Origin: Promethearchaeota archaeon
GTDB taxonomy: Archaea; Asgardarchaeota; Lokiarchaeia; Sigyniarchaeales; SOKP01
Reading direction: 5' to 3'
Length of the DNA stretch: 31,403 nt
Assembly (NCBI GenBank): GCA_016839765.1
Contig: JAEOTP010000090.1
Location: 1-31,403 of the forward strand
A program made the translations under genes and the position numbers. Below, piece after piece: positions 27,264-31,403 of the stretch (position 1 is its first letter; each line of letters starts with the position of its first letter). Under the pieces are notes generated by a model that saw nothing but the letters and a program-made list of their open reading frames with translations, was not told where the DNA came from and did not search any database.

Positions 27264-28460
27264 ATTAGTATAATTATTGAAGATGCTTTATGTACAGGTT
27301 GTGGTAATTGTGTTGTAAATTGTCCTTATGGTGGAATTGAGATAATAGATGATATCGCAGTAATTACTAGTGAGTGTAACTTATGTGGAGCATGTTTAGA
27401 TGAATGTCCTGTTGATGCTATTATATTAGAACGTGAAGAATATATAGATAAGATTGATAAAAGTCAGTATAAAGGTGTGTGGGTTGTAGCAGAACATTAT
27501 AAAGGTATAATTCATAAAGTCGCTTACCAATTATTAGCGAAAGGAAGAGAATTAGCGGATATTTTAAATGTAAGTTTGACTCTTGTCATATTAGGAGATA
27601 AATTTGATGCTCTTCTGGATGAATTTGGAGAATATGGTGCTGATAAAGTCATTTATGTAAAGTCTACTTTATTGAAAGATTATTATTCTGATTTATATGT
27701 AAAAACTTTAACAGAATTAATCTCAAAACGGAAACCAGAGATTGTTTTAATAGGTGCTACACCAACCGGAAGAGATTTTGCTCCTCGAGTTGCAAAAAGA
27801 CTAAATGCTGGTCTAACAGCAGATTGTACAGGATTAGATATTGAAAAAGAAACAGGGAATCTTATGCAAACTCGTCCTACATTTGGTGGAAATATTATGG
27901 CAACGATTCGAACTCCCACAAGTAGACCACAACTAGCAACAGTTAGACCAGGAATCTTTAAAGCAGTTACATGTGAAAAAAAGAAAATAAAAATCACAAA
28001 ACTAGAGAAAGAATATAAAGAAAAAGATTCTGTTGCTAAAATTGTAAAAATAATTGGCAAAGAAAAAAAAAAAATTAATTTAGAAGAGGCAGAAATAATA
28101 GTAGCAGGGGGGAGAGGCGTTGGTTCGAAAGAGGGCTTTAAATTAATTAAAGAACTAGCAGAAGTTCTTGGGGCCGAAATGGGGGGTTCAAGAGTAACTG
28201 TGGAATTAAATTGGCTCGAGCAAGATAGACAGGTTGGACAAACCGGAAAAACAGTCTCACCAAGTCTTTATATTGCCTGTGGAATTTCTGGAGCAATACA
28301 ACATCTAGTTGGAATGCAGAACTCTGGAATTATCGTTGCAATTAATAGAGATGTAAATGCTCCAATCTTTAATGTTGCGCACTATGGAATTGTCGGGGAC
28401 CTTCATGAAGTTATTCCAGTATTAATTGAAAAAGTAAAAAAAGCAAAGCTAGAAGAATAA
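27264..28460 (+). CDS. etfA: Electron transfer flavoprotein alpha subunit with N-terminal 2x[4Fe-4S] ferredoxin domain, probable ATT start
   Basis: 71 open codons upstream of GTG 27477 encode CTGCGNCVVNCP and CNLCGACLDECP; GGAGGAG lies 6 nt before ATT 27264; TRPTFGG, QVGQTG, GISGAIQH. Confidence 0.92.
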   Translation: MSIIIEDALCTGCGNCVVNCPYGGIEIIDDIAVITSECNLCGACLDECPVDAIILEREEYIDKIDKSQYKGVWVVAEHYKGIIHKVAYQLLAKGRELADILNVSLTLVILGDKFDALLDEFGEYGADKVIYVKSTLLKDYYSDLYVKTLTELISKRKPEIVLIGATPTGRDFAPRVAKRLNAGLTADCTGLDIEKETGNLMQTRPTFGGNIMATIRTPTSRPQLATVRPGIFKAVTCEKKKIKITKLEKEYKEKDSVAKIVKIIGKEKKKINLEEAEIIVAGGRGVGSKEGFKLIKELAEVLGAEMGGSRVTVELNWLEQDRQVGQTGKTVSPSLYIACGISGAIQHLVGMQNSGIIVAINRDVNAPIFNVAHYGIVGDLHEVIPVLIEKVKKAKLEE

Positions 28461-28594
28461 ATTCCCTCTCTTGATTTGACAAAACTTAAATTAACATTTT
28501 AGATTTTTACCCCTATTTTTAATCTAATACTAATGGATTTTTACATTAAATTAAGTAGATTTGATTTAGATAGATTTTAAAAAAGAAAAAAAGT

Positions 28595-28666
28595 TGTAAT
28601 GGAATGATTTCAAGCCAATAATTAGTGGAGGAATAAATTATGGCAAATTTAAAACATTCCACTACA
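28595..28666. other. Long imperfect hairpin in a 1-kb intergenic region
   Basis: TGTAATGGAATG...CATTCCACTACA outer arms; GCCA(A)TAATT...AATTATGGC inner arms. Confidence 0.45.
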
Positions 28667-29484
28667 TTGATAGAAAAAACTTTTTTTCTATAATATTCAC
28701 AATAGTGACCCAACTATAAAAAGTTTTCGTCGATTTTATAAACGTTCTATTTAAATATTTGATAAATTTACTCCTTATAAAAGTATTTGAAATACTATAT
28801 CTACTATTTTAGAATCATGTTGCTATTTTTTTATAGAAAAGCTAAGTTGGTTCATAAATTTAATTTAAAAAAAAAATTTTTCTTAAATCTCATAGGATAT
28901 TTTGTACTTTTTTTGAAAAATACAATCCCAATTTGCACTCCAATTTTTTAATATTGAAGTTACCTACCACTACAAAATATATTTTTATTAAGATCTTAAT
29001 AAGCATAAAATCAAAATTTCCTTTTTTGATTCATTAGAAATCTAAAAGAAATTAGCTAAATTCTAGGAAACTTAAAAGTTTTTAATATAATAAGCATAAC
29101 TGGCTCATTATTGGAAAAAATAGTTTTCAAAATCTTAATATATTGAAGATTAAAAGATTTGAAGCATATTAAAACGACCAGTATTTCAAATTATAGGAGG
29201 AGAGAAAAAATCAAGAAATAAAATGGCACAATTTACTTTAATTCCTTTAAAATCATCTTTACAACATTTCTAGCACCAACAGCAACGCCCATTACAAATA
29301 ATAATTGTGCTTCAATATCTAATTAAATAGTATTTTAAAAATTTAAGATAATTAAATTCAGTAATAATAATAGTAATTTCAATTTTATTAGAATAATAGT
29401 CTTCGATCAAATCATTTTATTTTCTTATTTAATTGGATTTTATATTACTAATAATAATACTAAAAAAGTAAGAAAAGGGAGAAA

Positions 29485-30858
29485 ATGGTAAATTTATTTT
29501 TTAAACCGAAAACTATTGCCGTTATTGGAGCAACAGCAAACCCAAAAAAATTCGGTAATGCAGTAACTATTAATATTCTTAGAAATAAAAATATAGAAAG
29601 TGAATTATTCCTTGTTACTCATAAAAGCACCGAAATAATGGGGCTAAAGTGCTATAGATCAGTAATAGACGTTCCTAAAGACGTAGATTTAGCAATTATT
29701 TTAGTACCTGCAAAATTTGTTGAAGAAGTTGTAGATAATTGTATAGAAAAGAGAGTTAAAAGAATTATTATTATTACAGCAGGATTTGGTGAAATTGACG
29801 AAAAAGGCAAAATCGTTGAGCGCCAAATCGCTAAAAAATGTAGAGAAGCGGGAATTCGCGTTATGGGTCCAAATTGTGTTGGTATACAAAATTTAGATAT
29901 AGCATTAAATGCCTCGTTTCTACAAATTGCACCTCAAGGCAATATAAGCTTGATAAGCCAATCAGGTTCGTTTGGATGTGCGAGTTTTTACGCAATGGAA
30001 AAGGAAAATCTTGGATGTTCAAAATTTGCCAATGTTGGTAATAATATTGATGTCTCATTTAGTGAGATATTGGAATTTTTCAATGAAGATGTGAACACTC
30101 ATATTATTTGTATTTATATGGAAACAATTTCAGATGGTAGAACTTTCTTAAATACTTTAAAAAGAATACTACCAAATAAACCTATTATTATCTTAAAAGG
30201 TGGAAGATCCCCTAAGGGTATGAAAGCTGCTAGTAGTCATACTGGTTCAATGGTCACAAATTATAAAATGCTAAAAACTTCAATCAAACAAGCAGGGGCT
30301 ATTTTATGTGAAAATGTTGCTGATTTTATAACAGCATTAAAAAGCTTTTATTTCTTACCAATCCCTCAAGGAGAGGACATTGGAATATTAACGAACTCAG
30401 GGGGAAGTTCTGTTTTATTTAGTGATAAAGCGGAAGAATTTGGATTAAATCTTGCCGAATTTTCGGAAGAACTGAAAGAAAAAATGGCTCCCCATTTAAT
30501 TCCCTTAGTTAAATTGATCAATCCACTTGATATGATCGCTCTCGCTGCTGGTATACAATACTATGAGATTACTAAACTAATGTTGGAGGATCCCAGGATA
30601 GATATTATTGTTCCATGTGTAGTTATACCTCCTTTTTTAGAAATGGATCCTAGCGAGCATTACAGAGGTATTATTCGTGCCTGGAATGAAACAAAAAGAA
30701 TTAAACCAATAATCCCGCTAATCTTTTTTAGTCAAAATTTTGAAACCCTTATAAGCTATGCAAAAGAAGAAAACGCACCAATTTTTTTTACGCCTCATGA
30801 AGTAGCATTTTCAGCAAAAATTATAATTGAAAGAATGAAATTTTTATCGAAACTATAA
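29485..30858 (+). CDS. acdA: ADP-forming acetyl/acyl-CoA synthetase alpha subunit
   Basis: AVIGAT, TAGFGE, MGPNCVG, ISQSGS, ASSHTG (phospho-His), TNSGG, NPLD. Confidence 0.9.
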   Translation: MVNLFFKPKTIAVIGATANPKKFGNAVTINILRNKNIESELFLVTHKSTEIMGLKCYRSVIDVPKDVDLAIILVPAKFVEEVVDNCIEKRVKRIIIITAGFGEIDEKGKIVERQIAKKCREAGIRVMGPNCVGIQNLDIALNASFLQIAPQGNISLISQSGSFGCASFYAMEKENLGCSKFANVGNNIDVSFSEILEFFNEDVNTHIICIYMETISDGRTFLNTLKRILPNKPIIILKGGRSPKGMKAASSHTGSMVTNYKMLKTSIKQAGAILCENVADFITALKSFYFLPIPQGEDIGILTNSGGSSVLFSDKAEEFGLNLAEFSEELKEKMAPHLIPLVKLINPLDMIALAAGIQYYEITKLMLEDPRIDIIVPCVVIPPFLEMDPSEHYRGIIRAWNETKRIKPIIPLIFFSQNFETLISYAKEENAPIFFTPHEVAFSAKIIIERMKFLSKL

Positions 30859-30883
30859 AGGTATTTAAAAAACATTGTCAATT

Positions 30884-31402
30884 TCATTTTAAATCATATT
30901 TTTCTTGTGCAAATAGCGCTGCTCCTATAGCTCCGATGTATTGAGGATTTGGTGGAATTAAAATATCCGCTTTTATTTCTCGTTTTAAAATTTCCCCAAT
31001 AACACTATTATGGGCTATAACCCCTCCAGTAAGGATTATTGTGCCCTCTAATTCTGCCATCTCAATGACTCTCCTTATTACAGAGTCAAACGCACTCTTT
31101 ATCAAATCCTCTACTTTTTCTCCATCTTTTATACGGGTAAGAATTTCTGTTTTTGCAAAAACAGTGCAAAAACTTGCAAGAGGAACATTTGATGTGGATT
31201 TAGCGGCTAGACTATTTAACTCTATAAGAGGGATATCAAGTCGATATGCAATTTCCTCTATAAATGCTCCTGTTCCTGCTGCACATTTTCTATTCATTTT
31301 AAACCTAATAATCTTTCCTTTGTCATCAAGTATAATAATCTTAGTATCCTGCCCTCCTATATCGATAACGGTTATTTTTTTGGGAAAATAGTGATAAGCA
31401 CC
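30884..31402 (-). CDS. 2-hydroxyacyl-CoA dehydratase activator (BadF/BcrA-type ASKHA ATPase), 5' end outside the window
   Basis: Frame open to the window edge: IDIGGQDTK, MNRKCAAGTG, SFCTVFA, TGGV, GAIGAA. Confidence 0.92.
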   Translation of the reverse strand, partial: GAYHYFPKKITVIDIGGQDTKIIILDDKGKIIRFKMNRKCAAGTGAFIEEIAYRLDIPLIELNSLAAKSTSNVPLASFCTVFAKTEILTRIKDGEKVEDLIKSAFDSVIRRVIEMAELEGTIILTGGVIAHNSVIGEILKREIKADILIPPNPQYIGAIGAALFAQEKYDLK

Positions 31403-31403
31403 C

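Noticed and set aside
28595-28666. SECIS element or selenoprotein
   Set aside because: AUGA is present but there is no opposing GA, and I found no gene with a plausible in-frame UGA
2023-31391. Short overlapping ORFs in the track (2023, 3025, 3640, 4447, 5734, 9110, 14378, 15313, 16794, 17460, 19408, 27683, 29701, 29861, 31041)
   Set aside because: Antisense or alternate-frame shadows of well-supported genes, with no motifs

Overview
AT-rich archaeal window, most consistent with an Asgard (Lokiarchaeia-like) genome. This is an inference from the stand-alone longin/roadblock-like proteins, the SIR2-TPR protein, the LVIVD surface protein and GGAGG(TG) ribosome-binding sites. It has four blocks. 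(1) 1.2-6.2 kb: a B12 acyl-CoA mutase locus (MeaB, split large and small subunits) with an AbfD-family dehydratase inserted in it; both enzymes have atypical active-site residues. (2) 6.5-11 kb: a sulfur-relay cluster (DsrE, wHTH, Cys-tailed Lrp, orphan SBP-fold protein, MoaD/SAMP, TusA, MoeB/E1) whose upstream regions share a TGYA-W5-TRCA Lrp-type operator. (3) 15-26 kb: a co-oriented accessory block with two paralogous coiled-coil/SHOCT-like proteins, a tandem OsmC, two longin-like proteins, a coupled pair of coiled-coil-wHTH proteins, a P-loop NTPase, a stand-alone membrane protein and SIR2-TPR. (4) Fermentation genes: acyl-CoA dehydrogenase, EtfB plus ferredoxin-fused EtfA, ADP-forming acyl-CoA synthetase alpha and a dehydratase activator. 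Two genes appear to start at non-canonical codons (CTG, ATT) that the ORF track missed. I saw no rRNA, tRNA, CRISPR array or transposase. All family calls are by eye from motifs; no searches were run.
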